NCBI GenBank assembly: GCA_949292725.1
Contig: CASFAQ010000016.1
Coordinates: forward strand, 738 to 64,737
Length of the DNA: 64,000 nucleotides
Direction of reading: 5' to 3'
DNA from: an uncultured Eubacteriales bacterium
GTDB lineage: Bacteria; Bacillota; Clostridia; Lachnospirales; Lachnospiraceae
Shown: positions 11,901-19,595 of the stretch, piece after piece
Position numbering within the stretch: position 1 is the first letter of the stretch
How the letters are laid out: each line of letters starts with the position of its first letter
Made by a program: the position numbers and the translations under genes
Notes under the pieces: generated by a model
What the model was told of the DNA's origin: nothing
Databases searched by the model: none
What the model saw: only the letters and a program-made list of their open reading frames with translations

Positions 11901-13650
11901 CTCCGTTGCTGTAGCTTTCATATACCTGACTTGCCTGCTGACTACCTGCAAGTCCCCTGTCCTTGTATGTAAATGATGGTTTCGTGCTGCATCCCGATAT
12001 CTTGATGATATCCGTCTTAAGCGACGTATCCAGCTCATTATCATAATTATTGAGATATACTGCAAGAGATTCCCTGTGTTCTGTAATTATTCCACCTGAA
12101 TACCTGCTTCCAAGAGTGACATTCATCCTGCTGCATGTATTGTATTTGAACGGAATGGAACCGGATACGGACCTGTTACTCTTATAGGAATTATATACTG
12201 CCCATGTGTTTTCATTTCTGCGGGCATATATATCTCCGGTGTATTCCTGCGGAAACAGCGAGTTAAATTCATTTACTTTAGCCCATGTGCTGCCCCATCT
12301 TTCGGAGTACTGCGACGCTTTTACCTGTACGTCGAATGACTTCGCTACGTCATCCCGCAGCCCATATACCACCGGAATCGTAGGATATCTTCCGGTCTTT
12401 TTGTAATATGTGGTATTATCCGCATAATTTTTACCATCTTCCATATTATAAAGTCCGTCAAAGAGCGTCTGAGGAGTGCTGTATTTGTTATCATTGGTGC
12501 CCCACGAAACATCCTGAATAACAACCAGTTTTGTATTATCTATGACCTCCTGCCTTGTCGGAATCCTTATCGTTCCATCTATAACCTTTCTGAATACGTC
12601 TATGTATGCATTCCAGCACTGATTCGTAAACTTCCAGTTATTCTCCCTGTAGCCATCGGAAGATACCGTATCCTTATCCCCATTTATACAATCAACCCAT
12701 ATGAGCTCGGGTCCGTCTATGACAGTTGCTCCACTAATAAGGAATCGCTCCAGATGTGCTGCAATAGAGGATGAGAGCGTATAATTTCTGTCAGTTCCGC
12801 TATTTCCGTTCTCATCCGTCCATCCTGTATCGTCATAACGAATTCCATACTGTCCGCAGTAGCCCGAAAGATATGCACCCAGAGTCAGACTCTCCCTGTC
12901 ATACTGATAACCCATTGTGGTATGTTTTTCTTCAATTATGTAATTATCAGAGTATTTTTCACATGCCGCCTTCCATTCCGGAACCCTCTTTAGCATAGCT
13001 ATAGGATTGATATTGGCACACCACTGGTTACCGTTCCAGCTCATGGACACATACCCTCCGTATCTGTTACTGAGCTCTAAAAGTTTTGCAAGATGTCTGT
13101 ATCTCGCCTCGTCACTTGGCGCCACACCATCGGGATTGGTTGCATCAAATCCCCAAAACTGTTCCGCATAGTGGAATCCTATAAAATTAGGATATTCTCT
13201 GTACAATTCCCCATAAATTGCACTCTCATAATCCACACTTGCGTCATAGTCAGGGAAACGCGCTATACCGCCGCTTGCAACCTGAACCATACACCATACC
13301 CTGTTCTCCGCACAGGTCTTTAACCATGATCTGGTACATTCCTCAGCGTCATGTACAATATTCCATTTGCCATTATTAAAGCTTACGGAAAGAGTGATAA
13401 GAAAAACTACATATGGTCTTACGTCACTCGGGACCATATCAATGACCTTCTGAGGATCCGGATAACACCACGGATCAATATGTACCATCCACACAGGCTG
13501 CTCGGGTGATATCGAACGACGAAAATACGTGTCTCCACCCATTTCCTGTGCCTTTACAACGCTCTGGTCGGTCGCATTCATGCCCATACCCGGAGATATA
13601 ACGGATATAAGCATAGCGACCACCAGAACAAACCCCAATAATCTTCTCAC
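8935..13650 (-). CDS. Secreted multidomain xylan-active enzyme: N-terminal catalytic region, CBM6/35-like module, 3 x CBM_4_9 (CBM22-type) modules, C-terminal CE1 feruloyl esterase
   Basis: 1571 aa with a GTG start after GAGGAG and a signal peptide. YEAENFG...LDCIQL is CBM6/35-like. Three NGDFE/NPDFE/NGDIE...DD(I/V/M)(S/E)MKE repeats. The C-terminus matches the C. thermocellum XynZ-type esterase (YLLHGIGGSESEW, RAIAGLSMGG, GGHWWGPWKNGLYNF). Confidence 0.9.
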   Translation of the reverse strand: MRRLLGFVLVVAMLISVISPGMGMNATDQSVVKAQEMGGDTYFRRSISPEQPVWMVHIDPWCYPDPQKVIDMVPSDVRPYVVFLITLSVSFNNGKWNIVHDAEECTRSWLKTCAENRVWCMVQVASGGIARFPDYDASVDYESAIYGELYREYPNFIGFHYAEQFWGFDATNPDGVAPSDEARYRHLAKLLELSNRYGGYVSMSWNGNQWCANINPIAMLKRVPEWKAACEKYSDNYIIEEKHTTMGYQYDRESLTLGAYLSGYCGQYGIRYDDTGWTDENGNSGTDRNYTLSSSIAAHLERFLISGATVIDGPELIWVDCINGDKDTVSSDGYRENNWKFTNQCWNAYIDVFRKVIDGTIRIPTRQEVIDNTKLVVIQDVSWGTNDNKYSTPQTLFDGLYNMEDGKNYADNTTYYKKTGRYPTIPVVYGLRDDVAKSFDVQVKASQYSERWGSTWAKVNEFNSLFPQEYTGDIYARRNENTWAVYNSYKSNRSVSGSIPFKYNTCSRMNVTLGSRYSGGIITEHRESLAVYLNNYDNELDTSLKTDIIKISGCSTKPSFTYKDRGLAGSQQASQVYESYSNGEYTLTVRHNGPIDINISNCKGQAADRLTYYKTANVSAPALPTEYTGTRQYEAENFGYKNIEKNIRNGASAGLSPEIINFWGQGYLDFGKNPSAAVKETVNAIVKGEHTLIIRYMTAWVEVMDSVDLYINGVKTDTLSFKATGGYNKWSTVEKNIVLNQGSNTIELKANRAAAGELYLDCIQLVPPKSVQTATDNIIANGDFENGVENWEAGGNSKLGLAWVTKTGGVTGLKVYDRDHTSSGAQQDITGKVENGATYQISGKIQYRYDGNEALSANYPDEKQFLMSIVYGDGTIRNIASAYAKKGSWADLTGTYTIPADANLSSVKVFIETPWTPSPVAANDLMTYFADDISMKEIAPAPTATPKPTATPTPKPTPTPAPTATPTPAPTAMPVEIIRGSNLIDNPDFEDGYDSWESMNGATLSLGYYTVAKGALSMKVSKRAYTSSGCYQDITGKVEAGRTYKVSAKVQYKQDASDANSSQYPDQKKFFMTIRYGDNTYANMGSVTTQKGNWGIITGTYTIPENADVSDVRVFFETPWTEKPDTYNDLMTFYVDDVSMKEDVPIIINGDIEDGTSSWDSHAGAELSLGWVTKRNGNHSLKVSNRKQTPSGPVQDITGKVEAGESYTVKTYINYSEGNDASHVFNICLVTGGKVTVIASGEAVRGQWSLISGTYKVPEDADMSSVQVFVETAYNSNPSSNDLVTFFMDDMEMKEGEDDADSDKVSFIDNNYDTPSGFDEVKSGVTYGTVIDVSYYSYIAGMNRNAKVILPPGYNANKKYPVLYLLHGIGGSESEWLDGKPNEIISNMIAAGTCKEMIMVLPNQCVRKADEASPGYLTLEQFKMYDRTADELKTSLIPYIEQNFSVKTGRNNRAIAGLSMGGRNALYTGVTMVDDFAYTGAFCPAVGVLPYWRESGLLTTETLTVPAKYRDNTLFLIVAGEGDTTVGDSPLQYSTTLKNNGFDHIYYTWPGGHWWGPWKNGLYNFARRIFQ
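10733..10837 (-). repeat. Pro/Thr-rich linker (APAPTATPKPTATPTPKPTPTPAPTATPTPAPTA) with short DNA repeats
   Basis: GCGCCTACAGCGACGCCAA occurs twice. It lies between CBM22-type repeats 1 and 2. Confidence 0.8.
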
Positions 13651-13718
13651 TACACATTTCTCCTCTCTAATTTTATATAATACAAAACAATAATATTTAT
13701 TTCATGTCGTTTATTCAA

Positions 13719-13752
13719 TGATTATTAATAATATGAGCATGATTAATAATCA
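13719..13752. promoter_or_regulatory. Perfect 11-bp inverted repeat TGATTATTAAT-N12-ATTAATAATCA (candidate operator)
   Basis: Located in the divergent region between the xylan enzyme gene and the AraC regulator gene. It abuts the -35 of the araC-type gene promoter. Confidence 0.4.
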
Positions 13753-13756
13753 TATA

Positions 13757-13785
13757 TTAACAAACCATTCCCTTTGTGGTATAAT
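13757..13785 (+). promoter_or_regulatory. Putative sigma-A promoter of the AraC-family gene
   Basis: -35 TTAACA, 17-nt spacer, extended -10 TGgTATAAT. Confidence 0.55.
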
Positions 13786-13836
13786 GTATTAAAATTATAT
13801 ATTTACAATAAATATGACATATGGGGATGAGCAATC

Positions 13837-14664
13837 ATGATCAGAACATTACAGGTCGGATATCACAGTCATCATTCAGATGATTTCAGAGTACACATAG
13901 GAGAGGGCAGATACTGGCTCATAATCAACACACTTTCTCCCGCCGAATTCTACGTCAACGGCAGATGGATTGCCTGCCGGAATAATCAGATAATCATATA
14001 TCCTCCAGGAGTATATGTGGATTACCGCGCTCATGATAGTGAGTATGGGGACAATTATACATTACTGGTTACCAACGAGGATTTTATCGTTAACACATCC
14101 TGCCCCCTTGGCAGACCTATAACCATACAGTCACAGTTTATCTTTGACTATATATTCCACATGCTGTTGATTGATAATCATTATGACAGTAAGAATAAAA
14201 CAGATAATATGATGATGCTTTATAAGCTTTTATTCAACAAAGTAGATGAGCTGTGCGCCAATCCCGACACAATGGGCTATAAAGACATATCTAACAGTTA
14301 CCTTGCCGACCTGAATCTGCTGAATACCAATATAATAGAAAATCCAAGCTATAACTGGACCGTTGAACATATGGCCACACAGCTTAATCTGTGCAAGGGA
14401 TATTTCCAGAAAATATATAAAAAGCAATTCGGCGTATCCTGCATGGAATTCGTTTATCACAGCAGGATTGAGCTTGCCAAAAGATATCTTTCCATATCAA
14501 AATACAGGATAAAGGATATTGCGACAATCTGCGGATATAACAACTACGAGCACTTCAGCAGACATTTTAAAAGATTTACGAATCTGTCGCCACAGGAATA
14601 CCGCACTACATACCAAAAGCAGGTATCCTATCCATACACACATGAACAGGAACACCTGCCTTAA
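13837..14664 (+). CDS. AraC-family transcriptional regulator
   Basis: 275 aa. C-terminal double HTH (GYNNYEHFSRHFKRFTNLSPQEYR). Divergent from the xylan enzyme gene. Confidence 0.85.
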   Translation: MIRTLQVGYHSHHSDDFRVHIGEGRYWLIINTLSPAEFYVNGRWIACRNNQIIIYPPGVYVDYRAHDSEYGDNYTLLVTNEDFIVNTSCPLGRPITIQSQFIFDYIFHMLLIDNHYDSKNKTDNMMMLYKLLFNKVDELCANPDTMGYKDISNSYLADLNLLNTNIIENPSYNWTVEHMATQLNLCKGYFQKIYKKQFGVSCMEFVYHSRIELAKRYLSISKYRIKDIATICGYNNYEHFSRHFKRFTNLSPQEYRTTYQKQVSYPYTHEQEHLP

Positions 14665-14676
14665 CGTCACGAAGCA

Positions 14677-15312
14677 TTATTTGAACATATGACCGGCAAG
14701 CTTATATTTTGCATTGCCTAAATATCCGCTGAAATACTTATATTTTCCCATGTCCTTTGTCTTGCCCTTGTAGGTTACGGATTTCTGTCCGCCAAGAGCT
14801 GCCTTTGCTGCCTTGATGCACTGCTTCTCCCTGTCAGAGGTAAATTTACCTGCGTCGTATCGCTCAAGCGCTTTCTTAAGCGAACCATTACGCACAGGCG
14901 AGAACTGTCCTCTCTGATATATAACTCCCTTTATCGTAGACGGAAATGATGATGACCTCACTCTGTTCATCACGACTATTCCCACTCCAACCTTTCCTGC
15001 GTACGGCTCCATATTCGCTTCACAATATATGATTGCCGACATAAGCCTCAGATCTGCTTTGGAATAATCATCCTCACCTTCTGCACCTGCTCTTACCTTC
15101 TTTGTTCTTTTACGAATATTCTTAACCGGCTTTTCCGAAGGTGCCTCAGATGTAACCGTCATCTCCTCTACAGGCACAACTTCCTGTACAATTACCTCTT
15201 CTGTATTAAAAGCTTCCTCTGCATAAGCCGCTTCGGTATTAGATAGCATAACTGCTATGAACATACCGATTACGCATAATGCAAATTTTTTCAAATTCAT
15301 AACAACCTCCAA
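14677..15312 (-). CDS. Secreted cell-wall hydrolase, SleB/Hydrolase_2 family
   Basis: 211 aa with a signal peptide. IIYCEANMEPYAGKVGVGIVVMNRV...YQRGQFSPV motif. Confidence 0.8.
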   Translation of the reverse strand: MEVVMNLKKFALCVIGMFIAVMLSNTEAAYAEEAFNTEEVIVQEVVPVEEMTVTSEAPSEKPVKNIRKRTKKVRAGAEGEDDYSKADLRLMSAIIYCEANMEPYAGKVGVGIVVMNRVRSSSFPSTIKGVIYQRGQFSPVRNGSLKKALERYDAGKFTSDREKQCIKAAKAALGGQKSVTYKGKTKDMGKYKYFSGYLGNAKYKLAGHMFK

Positions 15313-15377
15313 AAACTGTTACATTAAATGACTGTTTTTTACAACATTGTTGCAAGTCATTTAACAAATCTGTAACA

Positions 15378-15406
15378 ATTATAACGTAACTGTTCAATAA
15401 TTGCAA
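15378..15406 (-). promoter_or_regulatory. Putative sigma-A promoter of the SleB-like gene
   Basis: Minus strand: -35 TTGCAA, 17-nt spacer, -10 TATAAT. It leaves a ~75-nt leader containing a 10-bp hairpin (15324..15364). Confidence 0.5.
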
Positions 15407-15549
15407 CCCCGAATTTCCATGTACATTTTTCCATACATAAAAAAACATTGCAAAAACCGCCAAAAACTGTGTTTTTTACAATGTTTTAATATTTTCTTAT
15501 CACATAGTTAAATGTTACAAAATTGTTTCGTATTAAACAGCTCACCTGT

Positions 15550-16329
15550 TTAATTATATTTTTCAGCAATCTTATCAAAACTTAATGTCCCGCCAAATAT
15601 ATCCAGGGCGCTTCCTATAGTAAAATCGACATTATTATCTCCGAGTCTGCAAAGCTCGTCAATATCTTCATACGAGGATATGCCACCCGCGTATGTGGCT
15701 GTAACATCCGCGCACGTACCAAGCAGTGTACACACATTGTGCTCTATACCACGAGCCTTTCCCTCTACATCAACCGCGTGTACAAGGAATTCGTCGCAAT
15801 ATTCGCTTAATATATATATAAGCTCATCTGTAAGCTTTACATCGGTTATCTTCTGCCACCTGTCCGTAACTATATAATAATCATCCGATACCTTCTTGCA
15901 GCTAAGATCCAGAACCAGATTCTTCTTCCCCACAAGGTATGATATATCCTTTAACCTGTCGTAATGTATAATACCGTCTCTGAATACATACGAAGTCACT
16001 ATAACATGAGACGCGCCAAGATCAAGCATATATTCGGCATTGTCACATGTTATGCCTCCGCCTATCTGGAACCCCTTTTTGTATTCTGACAGAGCGGCTC
16101 CGGCCTGCTTTATATCCGCCTCATACATATCGCTTCCGCTTTTATTAAGTAAGATTATATGTCCGCCTTTAAGGTTATACTGCTTGTATAATCTTGCGTA
16201 TGAAGCCGCATCCGAATCAGATACATAATTCTCGCAGACATCATGAGCGCCGCCTGCGTCCTTAAGGGAGCTTCCCACTATCTGCTTTACCTTACCGTCA
16301 TGTATATCTATGCATGGTCTAAATCTCAT
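15550..16329 (-). CDS. hisA: HisA-type (His6-like) ProFAR isomerase homologue
   Basis: MRFRPCIDIHDGKVKQIVG... is a TIM-barrel HisA family signature. I prefer the ATG at 16329 over the TTG at 16341. Confidence 0.75.
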   Translation of the reverse strand: MRFRPCIDIHDGKVKQIVGSSLKDAGGAHDVCENYVSDSDAASYARLYKQYNLKGGHIILLNKSGSDMYEADIKQAGAALSEYKKGFQIGGGITCDNAEYMLDLGASHVIVTSYVFRDGIIHYDRLKDISYLVGKKNLVLDLSCKKVSDDYYIVTDRWQKITDVKLTDELIYILSEYCDEFLVHAVDVEGKARGIEHNVCTLLGTCADVTATYAGGISSYEDIDELCRLGDNNVDFTIGSALDIFGGTLSFDKIAEKYN

Positions 16330-16353
16330 AGCAGCCACCAACCTGATATAATA

Positions 16354-17841
16354 TTATAATCCCAGTATATCTTCCACGACATTCTGCATATCTTCTTTTG
16401 CGCATACACGATCGTGCAGGATTGGCGCAGTCTTAATATCCGTAATGGCATCCGGGATATCAACTCCCGACACCCTGCAGAGCTCATCGATAAGTTCAAA
16501 GTCACTCATCTTATCATAGGATGCATCTATGGCACACATTACGCTTCTTGCAAATTTATAAGGACTTGCCGTGGATGCAATGACTGACGGAGCATCGTCC
16601 CCGGTCTGCTTTCTGTAATTCTCATACACGACAGCCGCCACGGCTGTATGCGTATCCATGACATATCCTGTATCATCATATACATGCTTAATGCACTCTG
16701 ACATATCCTTCTCAGACGCATATCCACCCAGAAAATCAGAAAGATTTCTGCGCATATCATCATCAATGGAATATATACCCTTTTCAGACAGCGCTTTCAT
16801 ATATTCTGACGTCTTATCGCCGTTATAACCGGATATCATATAGATGAGCCTTTCAAGATTACTTGAAATCAGTATGTCCATGGAAGGCGAGCTTGTTAAT
16901 ATAAAATCTCTGTTTCGGTCATATGTTCCGGTTCTAAAGAAATCATACAGTACCTTATTCTCATTGGAGGCACATATAAGCTTTCCAACCGGAATGCCCA
17001 TCTTCTTGGCATAATAAGCGGCAAGTATATTACCAAAATTGCCTGTAGGAACCACATAATTAACTGCATCACCGGACTTGATGGCGTCGCTTTTAAGCAG
17101 TCTTCCATATGCATACACATAGTATACTATCTGTGGAACAAGCCTTCCGATATTAATGGAATTGGCAGACGAGAACTGATAACCCTTCTCCTTCATACGC
17201 TTGACAAGTTCTCCGTTACCAAACATCTTCTTAACACCTGTCTGAGCGTCGTCAAAATTACCCTTTATACCTACAACATATGTATTATTACCCCTCTGGG
17301 TAAGCATCTGCTTTTCCTGAATCGGGCTTACGCCGTCTTTTGGATAGAATACTATGATTCCGGTGCCGCCAACATCCGCAAATCCTGCAAGGGCGGCCTT
17401 TCCGGTATCCCCACTCGTTGCCGTAAGTATGATTATCTTATTGTGAATATCATTCTTTTTCGCCGCACACGTAAGAAGGTGCGGAAGTATCGATAACGCC
17501 ATATCCTTAAAAGCTATAGTGGCTCCATGAAAAAGCTCCATATAATATGCATGTCCACATTTTTTAATCCTTGTAATATCCTCTATATCGAACTTGGAAT
17601 CATAGGCGGCGTCAATACATCCCTTAAGCTCCTCCTGTGTATAATCCGAAAGAAACTCTTTCATTATAATATATGCCGTCTGCTTATAATCCATATCCGA
17701 AAGCTCATCAAGCGCTACCGGAAGTTCCGGAATAGTATCGGGAACGTATAATCCTCCATCATCTGCAAGACCCTTTAATATAGCCTGTGAAGCAGTTACA
17801 GTTTCCTTACTGCCCCTTGTGCTCTTGTACATAATATCCAT
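16354..17841 (-). CDS. thrC: Threonine synthase
   Basis: 495 aa. YKSTRG N-terminus and the PLP-lysine motif FHGATIAFKD. Confidence 0.93.
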   Translation of the reverse strand: MDIMYKSTRGSKETVTASQAILKGLADDGGLYVPDTIPELPVALDELSDMDYKQTAYIIMKEFLSDYTQEELKGCIDAAYDSKFDIEDITRIKKCGHAYYMELFHGATIAFKDMALSILPHLLTCAAKKNDIHNKIIILTATSGDTGKAALAGFADVGGTGIIVFYPKDGVSPIQEKQMLTQRGNNTYVVGIKGNFDDAQTGVKKMFGNGELVKRMKEKGYQFSSANSINIGRLVPQIVYYVYAYGRLLKSDAIKSGDAVNYVVPTGNFGNILAAYYAKKMGIPVGKLICASNENKVLYDFFRTGTYDRNRDFILTSSPSMDILISSNLERLIYMISGYNGDKTSEYMKALSEKGIYSIDDDMRRNLSDFLGGYASEKDMSECIKHVYDDTGYVMDTHTAVAAVVYENYRKQTGDDAPSVIASTASPYKFARSVMCAIDASYDKMSDFELIDELCRVSGVDIPDAITDIKTAPILHDRVCAKEDMQNVVEDILGL

Positions 17842-17885
17842 ATAACAATCTCCTTCACATATAGCCTACTCTAATCTGATATATG

Positions 17886-17914
17886 ATTATAGCATTTGGG
17901 ATATCTTATTTCAA
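17886..17914 (-). promoter_or_regulatory. Putative sigma-A promoter of thrC
   Basis: Minus strand: -35 TTGAAA, 17-nt spacer, -10 TATAAT. The leader is short. Confidence 0.55.
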
Positions 17915-17931
17915 TAATATTTTATATACAC

Positions 17932-18516
17932 TCATTTGTAGAACTCGTGACATCCATAGCTAAAAAGATAAGTAAGACTGTTTCTGAACCACCCAAGGCC
18001 CTCCGGATCGGCATATCGTGCCGCCACAAAATATCTTGCTCCCGATGAGTTATCTTCACCCGATAATGCTCTATCCACCGCTTTTTTCGTGGCAGCTGAC
18101 ACTCGCACGGAATAGTATCTGCCATCGCACACCGGTGAGAACTGATACACCCCGCCCCTGTGGGCGAACACCACTCCCTCTATATCATCTGCAAACTCAT
18201 CAGACAGCACCCTGTTGATTATAACATTGGCAACAAGCATTCTTCCCGACACATTCTCGCCACCCGCTTCTGCCTCCACAATTCTGTACAATATATTCTT
18301 TTCCTTTTTATTTACCTCGAATTCATCCCTGTATCTGGTTACGAGCCCGTTAACACGCACATCCGGCATACGTATTTCCGCCGTCTGCTCTATAAGCCTT
18401 TCACTGTTCTGCTGGCTCATTATGACTGTATCCGATATACAGTACAACTCCTCGGTCGGCCAATCGACATACACAGGCAGGGTAAGCAAAGCAAGACTAA
18501 GGCACAGATATTTCAA
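17932..18516 (-). CDS. Cell-wall hydrolase, SleB/Hydrolase_2 family (second paralogue)
   Basis: 194 aa. TTG start after AAAGGGGTG. EAEAGGENVSGRMLVANVIINRV...YQFSPV. Confidence 0.8.
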   Translation of the reverse strand: MKYLCLSLALLTLPVYVDWPTEELYCISDTVIMSQQNSERLIEQTAEIRMPDVRVNGLVTRYRDEFEVNKKEKNILYRIVEAEAGGENVSGRMLVANVIINRVLSDEFADDIEGVVFAHRGGVYQFSPVCDGRYYSVRVSAATKKAVDRALSGEDNSSGARYFVAARYADPEGLGWFRNSLTYLFSYGCHEFYK

Positions 18517-18736
18517 ACTAATACACCCCTTTACATATTACTATATAATAAGTATGTAACAGTTTTGAAATAATATTCCATTTTTTGTAAATTATTATTA
18601 CATGAAAATTATTAAAGATTTTGTTCACACATTATTAACTTTTTGCACATCGATAATTCATTTATAAAGAATATACTTGACAATAGAAAAAGAGCTATGG
18701 CACAGAATGCTTTTTTACGTTTTTTCATATTATTAG

Positions 18737-18760
18737 GGTCATCCGGGTAACCGGATGACC
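18737..18760 (-). terminator. GC-rich stem-loop downstream of the 18771 operon (putative terminator)
   Basis: GGTCATCCGG-gtaa-CCGGATGACC is a perfect 10-bp stem. The U-tract on the minus strand is poor. Confidence 0.4.
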
Positions 18761-18770
18761 TTTCCTCCGT

Positions 18771-19133
18771 TTATTGGAACATTATGAAGAATCCCACCAG
18801 ATATAATATAAGATATAATATGACCATTATCCCATTGATACATGCTGCTACGGATACAAGTCCTTTTTTTATATCCTCAGCCTTTAACTTATTATATGAC
18901 ACCACAAATGATATCAGGTTGATAATAAGACATACAATCGGTATGATTCCAAGCCACTCGTCACCCGCTCCCTTATTTATCGCAGATATTATGCACAGTA
19001 TTATAAAAGTACACAAAGAAACCACCCCTGCCAGAAATGTCATAACAACCGGCACTGGCTGTTTTCTATTTGCTATCCTGAGCGCGTTTCGCCTGCGCTT
19101 TTTTACAATGCTGTAATTATCCAATTCATTCAC
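18771..19133 (-). CDS. Small integral membrane protein (3 TM), function unknown
   Basis: 120 aa. It overlaps the VanZ gene end by 8 nt. Confidence 0.6.
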   Translation of the reverse strand: MNELDNYSIVKKRRRNALRIANRKQPVPVVMTFLAGVVSLCTFIILCIISAINKGAGDEWLGIIPIVCLIINLISFVVSYNKLKAEDIKKGLVSVAACINGIMVILYLILYLVGFFIMFQ

Positions 19134-19587
19134 CTTTATTCTTACGTATATTTTTTCTTATATGCACTGCTGCCTTATATAAGAAAAATCCGATCATCAC
19201 ACCCATGATATTAAGAAGTATATCATCAACATCAAAACTGCCGACCTTATATACCAGCTGAATGGTCTCGATGCAGCTTATCATCAGAAGCCCGTTAAAA
19301 AATGTGACAAGAAAATGCCTGTATGATCTTGCAAATACAGGCATACACAAACCGAAGGGTATAAATGCCACTACATTGCCAACAATGTTAAGCATAAATC
19401 CCTCAAAACCAATCGCATCATAATGTACAATATATCTTCTAATCTCTGAAAAAGGTCTGAGATTATATCTGTATCCGCTCACTCCGGTTCTTCCGTATCG
19501 TTCACAGAAGAACAAAAAATACACCATCGCGGCAATATATATACAGAACGCAAACCATATCAGATATTTAATATTCTTATTTTTCAT
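19126..19587 (-). CDS. VanZ-family membrane protein
   Basis: 153 aa. NLRPFSEI..., NVVAFIPFG, FDVDDILLN are VanZ-like motifs. Confidence 0.8.
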   Translation of the reverse strand: MKNKNIKYLIWFAFCIYIAAMVYFLFFCERYGRTGVSGYRYNLRPFSEIRRYIVHYDAIGFEGFMLNIVGNVVAFIPFGLCMPVFARSYRHFLVTFFNGLLMISCIETIQLVYKVGSFDVDDILLNIMGVMIGFFLYKAAVHIRKNIRKNKGE

Positions 19588-19595
19588 ATAAATTT

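Noticed and set aside
15313-15549. c-di-AMP (ydaO-type) riboswitch upstream of the SleB-like hydrolase genes (also 18517..18770)
   Set aside because: Such riboswitches often precede cell-wall hydrolase genes. However, these regions are very AT-rich and lack the conserved G/C-rich pseudo-symmetric core. Only a simple AT hairpin is present.
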